Assembly: GCA_037379345.1 (NCBI GenBank)
Contig: CM074521.1
Coordinates: 24,266,704-24,330,703 of the forward strand
Length of the DNA: 64,000 nt
Source: Perna viridis
Taxonomy: Eukaryota
Direction of reading: 5' to 3'
Positions within the stretch are counted from its first letter, which is position 1. Each line of letters opens with the position of its first letter. Positions 40,401-55,400 of the stretch are shown piece by piece. The position numbers and the translations under genes were made by a program. The notes below the pieces were generated by a model. That model saw nothing but the letters and a program-made list of their open reading frames with translations. It was not told the origin of the DNA and searched no databases.

Positions 40401-43400
40401 GTAGTTAATTTTACGGGGCCAACCTCCATTTTGACAAACCTTGGGCCTTCGACTACTGCTTAACCATGAAGAAAGAAACAGTGGATGCAGTCCCCTATTC
40501 TGTTCCAGTACCTCATTCTAATAGGTACAAACAGAGAGGGGGGCAAAAAATCTGAATCTACAAGGTCATTTTATCTGTATACATATACTTCTTAGTCCAA
40601 TTAATGAATGACTCATGAATATGGTCTGATATTTAAAGTGGACCTAAATTCATTTTTTAATATGAGATTACAAGACCACTTGATCCCCTTTTGTAAAGAC
40701 TTGAATGTTGATATTTAAACCAACCATGCAGAAACATCTACCCATTTACCACATTTCAAGCTTTTCCTGCTTGTAAAAAAAAAATTATAACTTACCACTC
40801 ACAGATAAGTAAATTCCTCAGTGAATCAAAATTCTCACATACATGTGTTTAAAAGTAGCTGTGTATAGAAGTGTTTTCATATAGTATTCCTATTTAAATG
40901 TTATGCTTCAGAAGGCCCTAGTGCAAAATCTTGTCCTATCGTTTTTAATGACCCATGTAAGTACAAGACCTTCCCCATGCCGAAAAATTTACAGTAGATG
41001 ACTTTATTGTTGACAGTTTTATTAAAGCAACAATTTAAGTTCATTATAATTTTCGACCTAACGAAATGTATTTTGCTCACGCAATGCACTTGTCAGTCTT
41101 TCACAAAGAAAGTTTTTTTCCATAGTATAATTACAGACGAAGACCTAGAGCATCAGTTATTATAAGCATGGTTAGGAAAGGTAGAGTAAAATCTCTAGCT
41201 ATTTCAATGCATACGAACAAAGATAATACTTATAAAAGAAACATGAAGTTGCACAAGATGTTGTCATAGCTATATGCACACTTGTGCAGTACAGGTAGCT
41301 GATATTGGATAGCAACTAAAATCACTTACAATATATGAACAGCTTTATAATTTGAAATCAATCTATACATTGGGAGCAACTGTAATTAGAATGAAAATGG
41401 GCAGATATACAAGGTTATTTCAATAACCACCAACTTGTTGACCATGGAAGTAGCTTTACCTAAAAAACTCAGTACAAACAGCAAAAAACAATAAATTTAT
41501 TACATTCTTGCATTTCAGGGTTTTGGATGATGACAGAGTATCTAACTTTGTGAGACCTAAACACTAGCATAGCAAGATAGACCCCTGAGAAACAGTCCCA
41601 TCAAAATTGTTTCAATCTACAAATGTACTATCAAACTTGATGCACACAGGAATTAAGAAAGATTTCAAAATGAGGTCAATGTATTGGCAATGTCAAAACT
41701 CCTAGATGAAATTTATATCAAGATAAATTTGTTAAGTAAATGTTTATCTGAAGAAGATAGTGAATTAAACATTTAAATTGAATTTATTCTAATTGAGATC
41801 ATTATCTGAAACTCAAATCTTGTACCAAATTTAAACAGAAAAGCAACACAAGTGTTGCTAACTTAGTAGTGAAATTCTAGGACACCAGTACATATTTTGT
41901 TCACAAAGCACATCCCCTTTATAAATAACTTGAAATCATTAATGGTACATCAAAATTTTTCAAACCTTCATTTTTTTCTTTAGCAAATGCTTTTACAAAA
42001 AATAAAACTTATTGGTTAGTTAATGTGTTATCTGAATTCCCAGATAAATGAAATTTCAAAATGGCCACCTAGGACTTAAAATCATTATTGGTGATAAAAA
42101 AAAACAACTCCTAGGGGAGATTAGATTCATCAGTTAATGACAATGGCTGACTGTGTCAACAAATTATAACCATTTTTTTTTTGCACAAGAATTCAAGAAC
42201 TAAGAGCTTTAATATCAGTTTTTCTCCATTTATATACATGCTACTGTGTAGCCTAACCTCAATATGAACTCTTAACACTTTTTTTTCCTAATTGCTATGG
42301 TTATCATTCACAAAAAATACAAGCACTTTCATAGGTAAAAAAATAATTAGGTTTTGTTGAATGATAAACACAAATTATACCATTTTTTTTTTACTATGGA
42401 CTTTTTAATATTTTGTGAATGAGAAACAACAAAAGACAAATGATTACCTATCAATGAAAACCAATAATGAGAGTAATCCACACGTAATTTAAGAACTGAT
42501 AATTGGTCACTGTCAAACTTCATAAATACATGAAATATGTTAACTTTTTTACTTGAATAGGAGTCATAATAAGTAATATTGAATTAACCTTTTAATTTGC
42601 TATCAAGGCTGTATAAAAAATATTCACAGACTTCTAAGGTTCAAAGGTATTTCAATTTAAATCTTGAACTCAATGCCTATTTACATAGACATTTTTTGTA
42701 GTTTTCATTTCAACTTTTAAATTACATCTAATTCTAAAGATTAAAAACATCTTGTTTTGAAGATTTGTTTAATGCCACCCAAAGGAAGTTTTATAAATCT
42801 GTCCTACACATCTGTTCTACTGCATCTGTATGAAAGGGACATATGAAATTTTACTTATGTGTTATAATTAGTGGCCACTGGTCAATAATGACTTTCATAT
42901 TCATTTACTTTTGAAGAAACAACAATCACAGCACAAATCCTTTCCAATTAGGTCAATCTTCATCTGGTATTGTTCCCTTCTAAATAAAAAAAACTACCCT
43001 CCCAATTTATTTTCTTGCATGGATTTCATATTGATTTTTTGGTTTTTGAAGCACACAATCCTCCAAAAATTAGCAACAATCTGCTATTATAGACAAACAA
43101 ATAATTGGGTTTTAACATTTGTACTAATTAATTGTGAGCACACAAACATTAAACTTATGCTGGGTTCACATGTTATTTGCACTGAAAACATAGATAATAT
43201 TTATACACGTTAATATGTTAAATTCACAATGAACTGGTCTTGCACTTATTTAAAAAATTTGGTTTCGCTTAAATGCATAACTGGATTAGAATATGCATTA
43301 TCTGACTGTTTGAATGCCCCATAAAGTATTTTTTTAAGGCCTGACCTACCTATGACAACCATGTTGATTTCCTGTGACTTCAACTCCCCTACGGTCATCT

Positions 43401-46400
43401 GCATGCTAATATTCTGGTAGGGATCAGAAGAGAGTTGAAATTTGTAGCGAAAGGGATCAAAACTTTTCTCTGAGCAAATCTGTCGATGGACATCCTCCAA
43501 TGGTGTGGCAGGGCTAATGCGTAGAACTTTTTTCTGATTTTGAGGTAGATTGACAGTGAATCTCTTCGTCATCTGTAAAAAAAAGAGAACAATTTTACAC
43601 TTCCTGTAAGTTTCCACAAAACTTTTAAAAGCAAAATCTTGATCAAGAATAACAGAAGTGAAATATCAGTGCACTTACACTTTATAAAGCCTTGTGTAAC
43701 AAATGTTAACATACTAATTTTGCAGAGTACTAATTTCAACATTTGCTTATCATTTTTTTTAAACTGCAAATATCGATACTCATTGATATATTCACAGAAT
43801 CCAAAAAGATAACAACTGGGAAAATATATATGTTTACAGAACATGAGCATTAAATTCTCTAATGATGTTTGTTAAAAGAAGACAACACCAATGTTTGACC
43901 CGAACGTTTGTGTCCTAATTTTATATTCTTAATCCATTCCATTTTAGAAAATGTCTCACCCAATAAATTTGGGATCAGTTAGGAGAAAGTTTACTCATCT
44001 AATCCTTCTTACCAATTAAACCAGGCCAATGACAGTATATGTAATTTCAAAACATCTACAAACTTGGTCTTTTCCAAAATTAAGGATTTTTTTAAACCCC
44101 AAATAGTCTATGACACTGACCTTCATTCCCATAGCATTGAATCTTGAATGGTCAATGTTTAGGCTTAATTATACAGCTATAAAACTACCATCATCTAAAG
44201 TTTAACAAACAGCCATAAAGTATATACATTCGAATAAAGAAACAGAAACAAAGGCACAGATTGTATAACACATCCTTGTAACAATTCATAATCTTTCTGG
44301 AGTATCGTCAACTGATCTTTTAACTTTATTTGATTTTAAAAATTCTTTTTAATCATTTAAGCAAACATTCCATACAAGTGTGTTTGTTTATGTTCAATAT
44401 TCCCCCATATATCAGTAAGTGTCAAATATCAAATAAAAGGTAGGCATAAAAGATAAGTCTTGAAAGAAATAAGGTCAACCCTTGAGAGGTCTACACTCAA
44501 AAACATTCAACCCAGAAACTAACTTCATTCAATGAAATTGAATGCATTGGACAATTCTACATAAGCAGCAAGTTCAGAAATTCTAGAATTTCAAGTTACA
44601 CCCTAGCCTAATATTTTTCCATCCAGAGTACTTTTTTTCATAGAACTACAGTATAGTCGCTCATTTTTGTGGGGCACGATATTTTTGTGTTTTATAGCTG
44701 TCTGTATGAAAACTCCAAAATAAATTAAGCATCCACAAAAATTAAAAACATCGAAACTTTTTCTATACCTTTCAGCTCAAAATTGCTTAACTTTACACCC
44801 ACCAAAAGTCTTGCCATATGGTAAATATAGTACATGTATCTTTCCATAAAAGTACTTGTATCACAACTAAATAAACAATATACTGTTACATTATCCATCA
44901 TTTTTATAAATTTACTTTTCTTCCATCAATCATTTTTTCTTTATCTTTAGTCAGAGGTCATATTTTAGCACACAGGACATAAATAGCAAGAAAACATGTA
45001 TTTCCTTAAACTTAGCTGAAATGGAAATTCTTTTGGGACAAAATGTTGTGGAGGAAAAGATTCAAATTTTACAAAATGTACAAAAAGTTGCATCAACTTC
45101 AAAGTTTCTGCTGAATAGCAAAATAAGTACATGTACATGAATATTATAAATAATGTGAAGTCTACATGAACTCTACATGGAAAAACTTTGTTTATACAAT
45201 TTTTGCAAGCATGCATTTATGCAAAATATGTACTGTTTGTGACATTGCATATACATCTTGGGTTATTTATGGCAGTTTATGAATTAATTAAAAACTATCT
45301 CATGAATAATTCATGAAGCATCATTACTAGATTAATTTCCATTGCTTTCTTTGAACATATAACCACCAACAAACCAAAATTATATACATATACATGTATC
45401 ATTGTCATCATCACCAAGGTCAAATAAAGGAATATCCTGGTAACTCAAAATGAATTATTAAAAGAATGACTGTTATATCATGTATATTTTTTTCAGTCTA
45501 TGAAGAAATAACCTCAATCATGTCACTGAATAACCTGTGTAGCAGGTCATTTTCAAGTGTGCACCATGGGCATTGAGGCGATTTTAAATAAACCGAAAAA
45601 AAAAAAAAATAGAACGGTCATTCTTTAGGTTGATGCCGTAACAGTCAAATATAAAATTTGGTCTATGAAATGATGGACAAAATTTCTTATCCAATCAGAA
45701 AGTGTGTTACTTCTGAAATTAAGTTATTAAAATGGTTACAATTTTGCCAAAAAGGTGAATGCAGGTAATAATCATGTATGAATCCAAATCAAAAGGATTG
45801 CCTAGAACATGTTATAGAACACTCACTATATACATGTACATATATATACAGCAAGCTTTTGTTCCCACAAGAAATACTTGAAAAGATTTTGGGATCGTTT
45901 CACTAAACACTCATAAGACTAACGTCCATGTAAATTCTCAACAAACCATTGGGATTTGCGTGCAAGTAAGTCTTACATAAGCTTTGTGAAACAATGCCCT
46001 GGAGATGAAATTACAAAATGCAATGGTTTTGTTTTAATTAAAATGAAAACTTTAAGATACAACATGGCTTTTAGTTGACCACTTTAACTCTCTATGCATA
46101 TAACAATAGTGATTTTCATAATTTCAGCATGTGTGTGTACCTGTAGGGACTTGATTACTTAACTCAACCAGAATTGCAAAAAAAAAAATTGTTTTAACTG
46201 TTACACTGTGTATTTGTCCAGTTTTTGATAGTTCCAATGGCACTGAAAATTATTACAGAACATGAACGCACATTTATGCACCTACATGTTTCAAGTTCTC
46301 AACAAACCTAACATGGGAAATTCAATAACTCCAGGTCGAAAAAAAAAAAACTAATTGAACAGTTTCAAGCTATAGTAAAAATTTTGGCTGAAATTCAAAA

Positions 46401-49400
46401 ACACAAAATGACAATAAATCTATGTTGAACATGGGTTAATAACACTTTCTATTGAATGTTGAACATTTAGAAAACTGTCGTTGATGACTAACCTTCGACG
46501 AGATACCACCATCGAACCCCAATAGACAGCAACTTAAACATTCGGACATCTTTGATATTTTTTAACGTTAGAGATAATTGTCGTTGTTTACATTCTTGTG
46601 TTTTACAGGAAGTTTAGCTAACAGTGACCACATTATGTTCAACAATTAGTTTCCTTTCACGGAGTGTATATATAGATAGCATCGAGAGGTCTTAATTGAC
46701 ACAAGATGTTTAACTAATACGTATTCCTATTTATTTTTCTGAGCACATCTTATGATCTTAGTGACAATACGCACTGACCTTGTTTATGAAGGTTGGTCTA
46801 TAGACTTTAGAAAATTCATAAGCTCTCCCCTGTTTTATTGAAGTTGGGAGTAAATTCAATGAAATTGTAAGGTCTTGCATCATAAGTTCTACCAAAGAGG
46901 CATTGCTCTCCTTTATGTTTTGTACATACAGTTTGTAGGCAAGAATTATCCCCCAGTAGAACAGCACTGTTTTCTAAATCATCTTTTCCAGAAGTCTCTC
47001 AAAAGACCAAGTTTCTTAAATTAAAATGTTCACAAAAATACATGTGCAAAATTCATTCTATACCATTGTTCTAAATGCAATATAAGAGACTGGTGCATAT
47101 TCCTAAGGCAACAATTGATATTAAATTTAAACATAAAGGTTAGAGACAAAAGTGCAAATCATCCTATTTATATGCATGTTCAAGGCGCAATACAGACAGA
47201 TACATGTAACGTTAAAATCTAAATAGAAAACCCCTTTTTATGACAAGCGTAAGGCTAAACAAACTCATTGTTAGTTTTCTGATTAATAAAGAAAACTGTA
47301 AATGTTCTCCTTTGAAACAGGGATATCAAAATGCGTGGCCTAGTTCTGATGAAAATACACCAACAACTACAAGTGCGAGCTAGTACTTCATGTTTAATGC
47401 AGTGATCTTTTTTGTCCTTACTTTTTAAAAAAAAAAAAAAAGACTAGGATAAACGTTTTCGATGAAATTTTAAGGTAAATTTGAAATACATTGTAAGTCT
47501 GTAATTGGAAACAGCCTGAAGTAGAGTAGATTGTATACTACAAGTGACAAATTCCAAGAAACAAATATAAATAGCTTAAAAAGAATGAAAAGAACAGAAT
47601 ACCATTGATATACAGATAGTTCTATTATTTCTTATCTCAAAGCAGTTTCTACTAATAAGAGGAAAAAATGGTTAACCGCTTACAATTTTTTTGGCTCAAA
47701 GAACTTGGTCAAAGTTTAATTTGACAATTAATTTGAAAGAATTATTGAAAATTCACTAACAAAGTTTGATACAAAGTACACAAAATAAACATATATAAGA
47801 GATAAAAATACATTTTTGTCCCATGAAATATAACCATAATCATACATTTTGTTTAAATTTAGACTATCATTTCAGAAATTTTTTATCATTTCTAAAAATT
47901 CAGAAATTTTGTTTTTATCATTTTTAAAAGTTCAAAAACTCACAATCCATTATGGCCTAATATCTCAAAACTGCACAAAATAAATGGATGCATTCATTTT
48001 AATCAAAACGATGTTCATGTTATGAGATCGTTGTGGCCTATAGAAAAGTCTGTTGTCTTGATATGGAGACATACATATAAGCATGTAGTCTAAATAAAAT
48101 AGTTACATGTACACGTAATAAATCTCTTAAAGGCATTAATTTACAAGTAATGGTGCAAAAACTACATAATAGGAGAACTCTAACAACTTGTACACTTCCT
48201 TTAAAAGGATCAATTATGGTCTTTATTTTCTTAGATTCAATTTTTTGAGTCTTGTTAAATTTTTTTTCTATTTTTATCATTGAATTTACAGGAACATTCA
48301 ATCAATTAAATTGGAGTTAAAGAAATTTTAAAATGACCCAAATTTCTGATATATTGCTATATAATATAATGAATCATAAAACAGAACAATAATAATAACA
48401 GTAAGGCCTACACTAAAATTATATCGGACCTAAGAACCAAGGAAAAAAGGCCCAACTTAAAAAAGAATCTATTCTCCCCTTTCAGCAAAAAATAATTTCC
48501 ATCAATGAAAATAAAAAAATGTAGTCTGTTATTGCCTTCACCTACTCTTAGTAAACACTGTGAGTCCAGAAAGGATAAACAAACATAATTTAAATTTAGG
48601 TCCAAACCTTGGATTCTACCAATGGATTCTAATGACTAATATGACTATCAGTAGTACAGAAATTTAACTTTTGAAACTTAATGAAATAGGCCCAGTGATA
48701 CTGTTTCATACTGATGCACATATATGTTTCATGTCGATGTATGACAAGTTAGCACCATACACAATGTGAAGTTATTTCTATCATTCCATTCATCGAATGA
48801 TATCACATGGGTATAAAAAAAAAAAAAAACATCACAAAATCTATTGACAACTCCCCCCCTCAAGCCACCAAAATGCCTACATGTAAATTGTATCTTATCC
48901 CCCTAATTTATCCATGCAATTGACAGCTATCTCTAATCCAAACATTTCTCTGATCCAGCATTTAACCTAATCTCAGGCCTTTGTCATTAAATTTGTCAAC
49001 AAGGGGTCGTAATAACTCATTGTCCGGAATCTATTAAATCCTTAACATCGTCACTTTATATCTATGTATCCCTTTGTAATCTATGTAATTCCCAATTCAA
49101 TAATACTGGTATTAATTTTAGTAGTTTGGACATGCTTCAAGTGCTGCCACTTCATATGTATGTCAAAATATTCCTGACCCTTCAAATTTACTGATGTTAG
49201 GATAGTTTTAGTTATTAAGTAATGGAGAGAATTTTGTTTTTATAACCTATGTTGAGATCTTAAAAGTACAGATTCACAAAAAGAAATTTACTCAAAATAA
49301 AAAATTTCCTATGCAGGCCTCATAAAGAAAATACACATTCCTCAGGGACAGATCAAAGATTTCAGGTTATGGGGAGGGGTGATCATAACTACTGCACATT

Positions 49401-52400
49401 TACCAAAAGTGTCTTTAGATAAAATTAAATTTGTGGAAAATCTAGATTTAAGCAAAAAAATACACACTTTCCCCTACATGTATATTTGAGGAGGGGAATA
49501 TGCTCTTCACCCTATCTGAATTCGCTACTGTACATGTATATATATAGAAAAAATATACATAGAAAAAATTCAATTTACAGTAACAACAGCAAAGATTATG
49601 GTTGCTATATTTTTTCACTTTCATCCAATAATTTTCATCTTAATACTTAGTACATGTATATCTTGAATAGAGGTACATGAATTTGTATAACAAGCCATTC
49701 ATTATGAACATGTTCCCTCCACACTTTAAGCAAATCCTTCTTAAAAGTTTATATTTTGACAAACTATTAATAAATGTTAATTACATTCCAAGGGGATTAA
49801 TACAGACATAACTTAATGTACTCAAATACATGTACCTCCATCCCCCTTTTTTGTTTTATGTGTTAAACAACTTTGCCTTGGCATTTAGTACAAGTAACAC
49901 ATTGTTTTAACTTATGAATTCATCATGGAGATGAAAGTTTAAATCTAAAATAAAAAATTGAACCTGGACATTTGGAGAACAAAATTAAAATGTAAGAGTA
50001 GAAATACTACATACAGAAAATATGTACAGAAAATATGTACAGAAAATGATCTCCTTTTTCAACCACTAATGCTTAACTTGAACTACAGTGAAAACTGTTT
50101 CAACCCTGAATTAACCCAAAACTTGTCTATACCCTGAATTAACCCAAAACCTGTCTACACCAGACAACTTTGAAGTCCTATTGTGTCAGTTTAAATGTAT
50201 TTTGAACCATACACCTGTCCAAACTGACCAAATTCTACAGTCCAAATTTGAAGGGGTTTGGTTGAGTGGTTTTACAGTATTATTATGTGATTACTCTAAT
50301 ATGCAAAATTTCCAAAGCTTACAAACTCTACAATATACAGATTTACAAACAGAAGCATTTACAACAAAACAGATGATATGTGGGCAAATACACTGACACT
50401 CATAAAATAGATACCTTCTATGAAATGTTTTATTTAGATAGGGGATTGTCAATTACTTTCTGATTTTTATCAGAAAATGGAAATCAAATTGTTAATTTGT
50501 ACCAAATTGGTATTAAGCAAATATTGACTTTTTCCAATATACTGTTAAGAATTATATGGAAAATATGTCAATAGGAATTTGATTTCTGTTTGTAAATCTC
50601 TATGTTTGTGAAAGAGATAGGTAATTCTAAATTTTGACATTTCAGTTAAGAAAAAAAATTAGGAGCCTTTCTAATGAAAGAGTAAAAGATGGAAAAATAA
50701 AATACGAGCTGGCATTTCCAATCACGTTAATAATAAAGTACTGCTTAAATGTGTATGAATTATATAAATTGGTCATTTTGAGATCTAGAAAACTGAAACT
50801 AATGTTGAGGATTACTGAACTACATATAACTAATGACTTGATCGTGTCAAAGTTGTCACCAATTAACTTTAACTGAATTGAGGGACAATTTTTGTATTCA
50901 AATTACTGGTAAATGTAGCTAAATCATAATTATTGACAGAAGTCACTACATACTTGTTAAATACACAGCAGCTTCCAAACATGGTGTACATTTCTTTAAG
51001 GCTACAGATCAATTAGAAGATAACTGTGTTGTATGCATTTGTAGATTTAGAGACATTAATTGTGGATTCTCTGATATCACTGGATTTTTTTCTTATTCGA
51101 CCATCATATTAACATACATTTGTAGCAATTATTTTCGGAGATATTTCCAATTATTTAAAAATCATAAAAAAATGGTCACATTGGCAATATATATATTTAA
51201 AAGGTCAACCATTGACATGATGACCTTAAAATTTAGGATTTGATCTCTAACAAGAAATTGGATATGCTATATCAGGAATGTTATACTGGATTGTCTAATA
51301 CATATACACCATGTACTTCAGTTGTGTGAATGGCCTGAAACTAATAATCTTCATCCCCCATAATTTCAACACAAGGATTAGGGACAAATGACGATCAAGG
51401 ATTGTTGGAGTTTCAACAGTCAAAATTTCAAGTTTAACAAATTTCTGTGCATACATTTATAAACATTCTTCTGTTTCTACAGATAGATATCAATTCTGGC
51501 TCTGTGTAGACAAAGATCCTAGTCATTCAGCCATGACAACACTAAATTTAATTTTTGAGTAAAATATCCAGACTCCATTGGTGAAAGATTCTAAAAGTAT
51601 TTGTCTTAATGTATTGTGCAATTTATATTCAAAAGTCGACTTTTCCACAACAATAAGCCTGATCCTGGAGTCAATATTTTTGTTATCAACAGGTTTTTTG
51701 TGGTACATGTCTTTTTTTTCAGACTTCAGATTTATTTGGAATTTGAAAGAACTTTCCAAACTGCTTTTGTTGCTTATACCTCACAGATCTGGCATCAGAA
51801 TATGGCCATGATTGCAAGAACAGCTTTGTTTTGTGCACTTGCAATAGTCACTCAAATTAACTTGCATTGACATTTTAATTTGTAACCATACATACCTCGA
51901 AAGGTTGAGCATTTTTTGAATTTCGTTGCTTTTCTGCATCACCCTTTTTGGGAACTAATTGAACTGTCAACTGTCGTGGTGCCCCGTCAACAGTTTTAGG
52001 GCACAAAGAGCCAACAGTCTGATTGGGTTTGTAATCCATAGGCTTGTTAGTATCTTGGTTTAAAACCACAATGGTATAACCTGCAGGGCTTAATTTATTC
52101 CGTGCCGCTAAATTCACAAGTAAATCCATCATAGGAATACTGAAAAGAAGAAAGTTAATTAAACTAATTAAACTAATTAAGAAACATGGCTCTTACCTGA
52201 GAATTTTCACCTGTGTCATGACTTGAAGCACCTGTAGTTAATTTGGCACTTTTCTTCTTTCTCTTAAACATTTTTAGTCCAATATTCCAATACAAGACTA
52301 AAGTAAGTCACAATCTGTCACTCAAGAACCCCTAATTAATCAGGAAGGTCCCCCTTTCCACACTTTCATCCCTCCCTTATGTCAAATTTCTACTCAGGTG

Positions 52401-55400
52401 TATTATGTTGTGTGTAAACATATTGAACCAAGTCATGTGACCAGTTGAGCAGGTAGCTTTAAGCTATAGTCTGTTTCAAAGTTTAAAGATATCAATAATG
52501 AATCACTGAAAGAGATTATAAAGAGAGGCCATGTGCCAATAAATTTTTTTTACCAAGTATAGTACTGTGGCTCTCTGAAATTTGTATAAATTTTCTAGTC
52601 TTATTAAAAATGATCTATCATCACAATTTTAAACCCAAACACTGCTAAAAAAAAATCTGTGATCTTAATCCAAAAAATTGCAATATTACATTTTCCAGTT
52701 AGAATAGCCATCATGCACTGCATTAAACCCACTACCTGCCTAAAATCTAGCAGATAATATGTGTTTGAATGGTTTCATTGATACTTATAACAATATGCAG
52801 AAAGTGGAGTACTGGAAGTTATCTTATTAACATCATTTCTTAGTCCAATAAAAGACTTCATAATAGTGCTGTGTTTTATGATTTGACATGAACAAAGTCC
52901 TATCATGCAATTACAGTATCTTATTTTATTGGACAACTCTCTTTCACTCTTCATTTTTTAAAATGGTTTACTCAAAAATAAAAGCACTTGGCCAAAACAA
53001 ACTGGGAATTTAAACACATTCTTTTCGTTAATTCCAAGAACAAAAGACCCATATTACGTTGAATGATGAAACTCAGCCCAATGTCAATATTGTGCATATG
53101 TTTATTTTGTTCTTTTTTATCGTTTACTCTTTCATAATTGAAGCTTAAATTGTCAATAAGCTATGTAATTCAATAACTACTACATTTTTTTAAATGATAA
53201 ATCAATTTTCATCTTCTTCAAGCCAATGCACAAAAGGAAGAAAGTTAATGTAGTCATAATTGACATTGTAGCATAATATGTACAAAGAAATTAAAGCTAT
53301 AAAGATAATTGATTGATACACAAATAGATTGACTACTGGAGGGTTGTTTTGAGGGTAGTTTGAAATATATACATATACATATATATATAGTACTTTCTTT
53401 AAAAGTAAACCCTAACAATTCAGTCTTAAACTGTCAAACAGTATTCATGCAGATATACATGTACATATATTTGTGTATGCCAACAGGAAAAAAAATTTAA
53501 TTACGAAAGTACCAAATTTCAGGGGTTTAAACTTGCTTTTGACTTCAAATGGAAATTCCACCATATGTAAGCCAAAGGTCCTCATTAGAGATTGAATGTA
53601 GTGTAATGGAAGTCCAGACTTATGTAAATAAGATATTAAAAGTACTGGGTTAAAAACCAAGGGTCCCGGACCTCAGACCTACACTAATTTGAACCCCTGG
53701 GCCATTCAGATATTATGGACAAAATTAAGAATAAAATGTCTAATTATTCTAATTATTAACAATACAGCTATTGTATAGAACAGAATATCTTGTCACATTC
53801 ATATTTTAAGTCTACTCCTAAAAATATAGAAACCAAAATATCTATGAAACAGACTATAGATCAACATTCTTAAAAGGGGAAGTGATCAATTTCACAGAAT
53901 AACATATTAGCAGGTATCCTATTTCAAACAGAAATTTCAGGTGTGTAATCATAACTACAGGTGAAAACTTTGTAACACCTTGGACAACAGGTGTTAATTA
54001 AGTAATTATTGTGTTTAAACGATTGTAAATTGGCACATTTTCTTTTAAATACAATCACACTCATCATTAGAAACATTTTTTAAAACATTTCCAAGGAAAC
54101 TGTTTAAATCAAATTCAACACTCAAAGTGAAGTGTTTTTACTATTAAATGAACTATTGTCTTATCAATATATCTCAATGACATACTTTAACTGTAATGAA
54201 CTGATGGAAATATCCCTATTTCCATTTGAAACTTTCAGATATTAACAATATTAAACAAACATTGCGAAGTATATTTTCAAAAGTTAACATTAAAAAAAAA
54301 TTAAACTATAAATTAGTATGATAATCAGAATCAAAAATTATATAATCATAGAAATAATCTTCACATATGTTTAATGAGTGAAAAATTTCCTTTCAATTTC
54401 AACCAGTTATCAATACCAGTCTTAGTAACTGGGTGGTCAGAAATTCATTCAAACACCTTTGTAAATCATATTTCAAAAGACTCAACACAACAAAAAAAAA
54501 CCTTCTTGAATGCCATTAGGTGCTTCCTAAAGAATCCAGACAACACGTCTTTATTTTCTTTCCTTTTATCAACCCCTTTAATGCATTTTAGATACAGAAC
54601 AGTAATGACTTAAGATAAAAATATGCACCTTCACGAAAACACTCATTAACAGGGTGGGGAAGAATTTGGTGCAATTTAAAATGATTCAATGCCCAAGTTG
54701 GAAACTGAGGTTCAAAATCATATTAATATATATGACTCTGATAAGCTCAGGGAGTGATGTAAAATATATGTAGTAGGAAGGTACTTTTAGATATCTGTAT
54801 CCTTTTTTTTTCAGTTTTGTAACATTTTGTCAGTTAATTGATACCTGATCTTGTGAGTTTTATAGTAGCTGAGCACCAGTTTTCATGAACAAACACTGGT
54901 AATCTAAATTTGATGTTCAAAGAACCACAAAACCATGAAAACTGATAACATTGCAAACAACAGATTTCTCCGAATATTAGATGAAAAGGGCAAAAGATCT
55001 GCTATTATTCTTTGCTATCTGATATTAGTATCCAACAGGATATAAATGTCTTGACAACTCAAAATTGAGGAAACATTTAGCACTAAAAAAAGATAAAGTT
55101 CTTAAAAAAACCCACTGATTCATCTGAGTGAAGTATCACATGTATTGTGATTGATTTATCCATCTTCTTTGCCTTATAAATCAAACCAGTTTTGGGGAAT
55201 AATGAAGGATAAGCAAGGTGCTTTAAGCATACTTTTCGTTTTACTTTTTTTTCTAGTTGACCCTTCCTATTTGACAACACCACAGGAACTGGCTGGTTTT
55301 ATCTTTTAAAAGATGTACCCAACTATAATCAGAAGTAGAAATTTCCTGAGAATATGTAAAAGCAGGTTTGTATACTACCTAAGACAATGGACTTCACATT

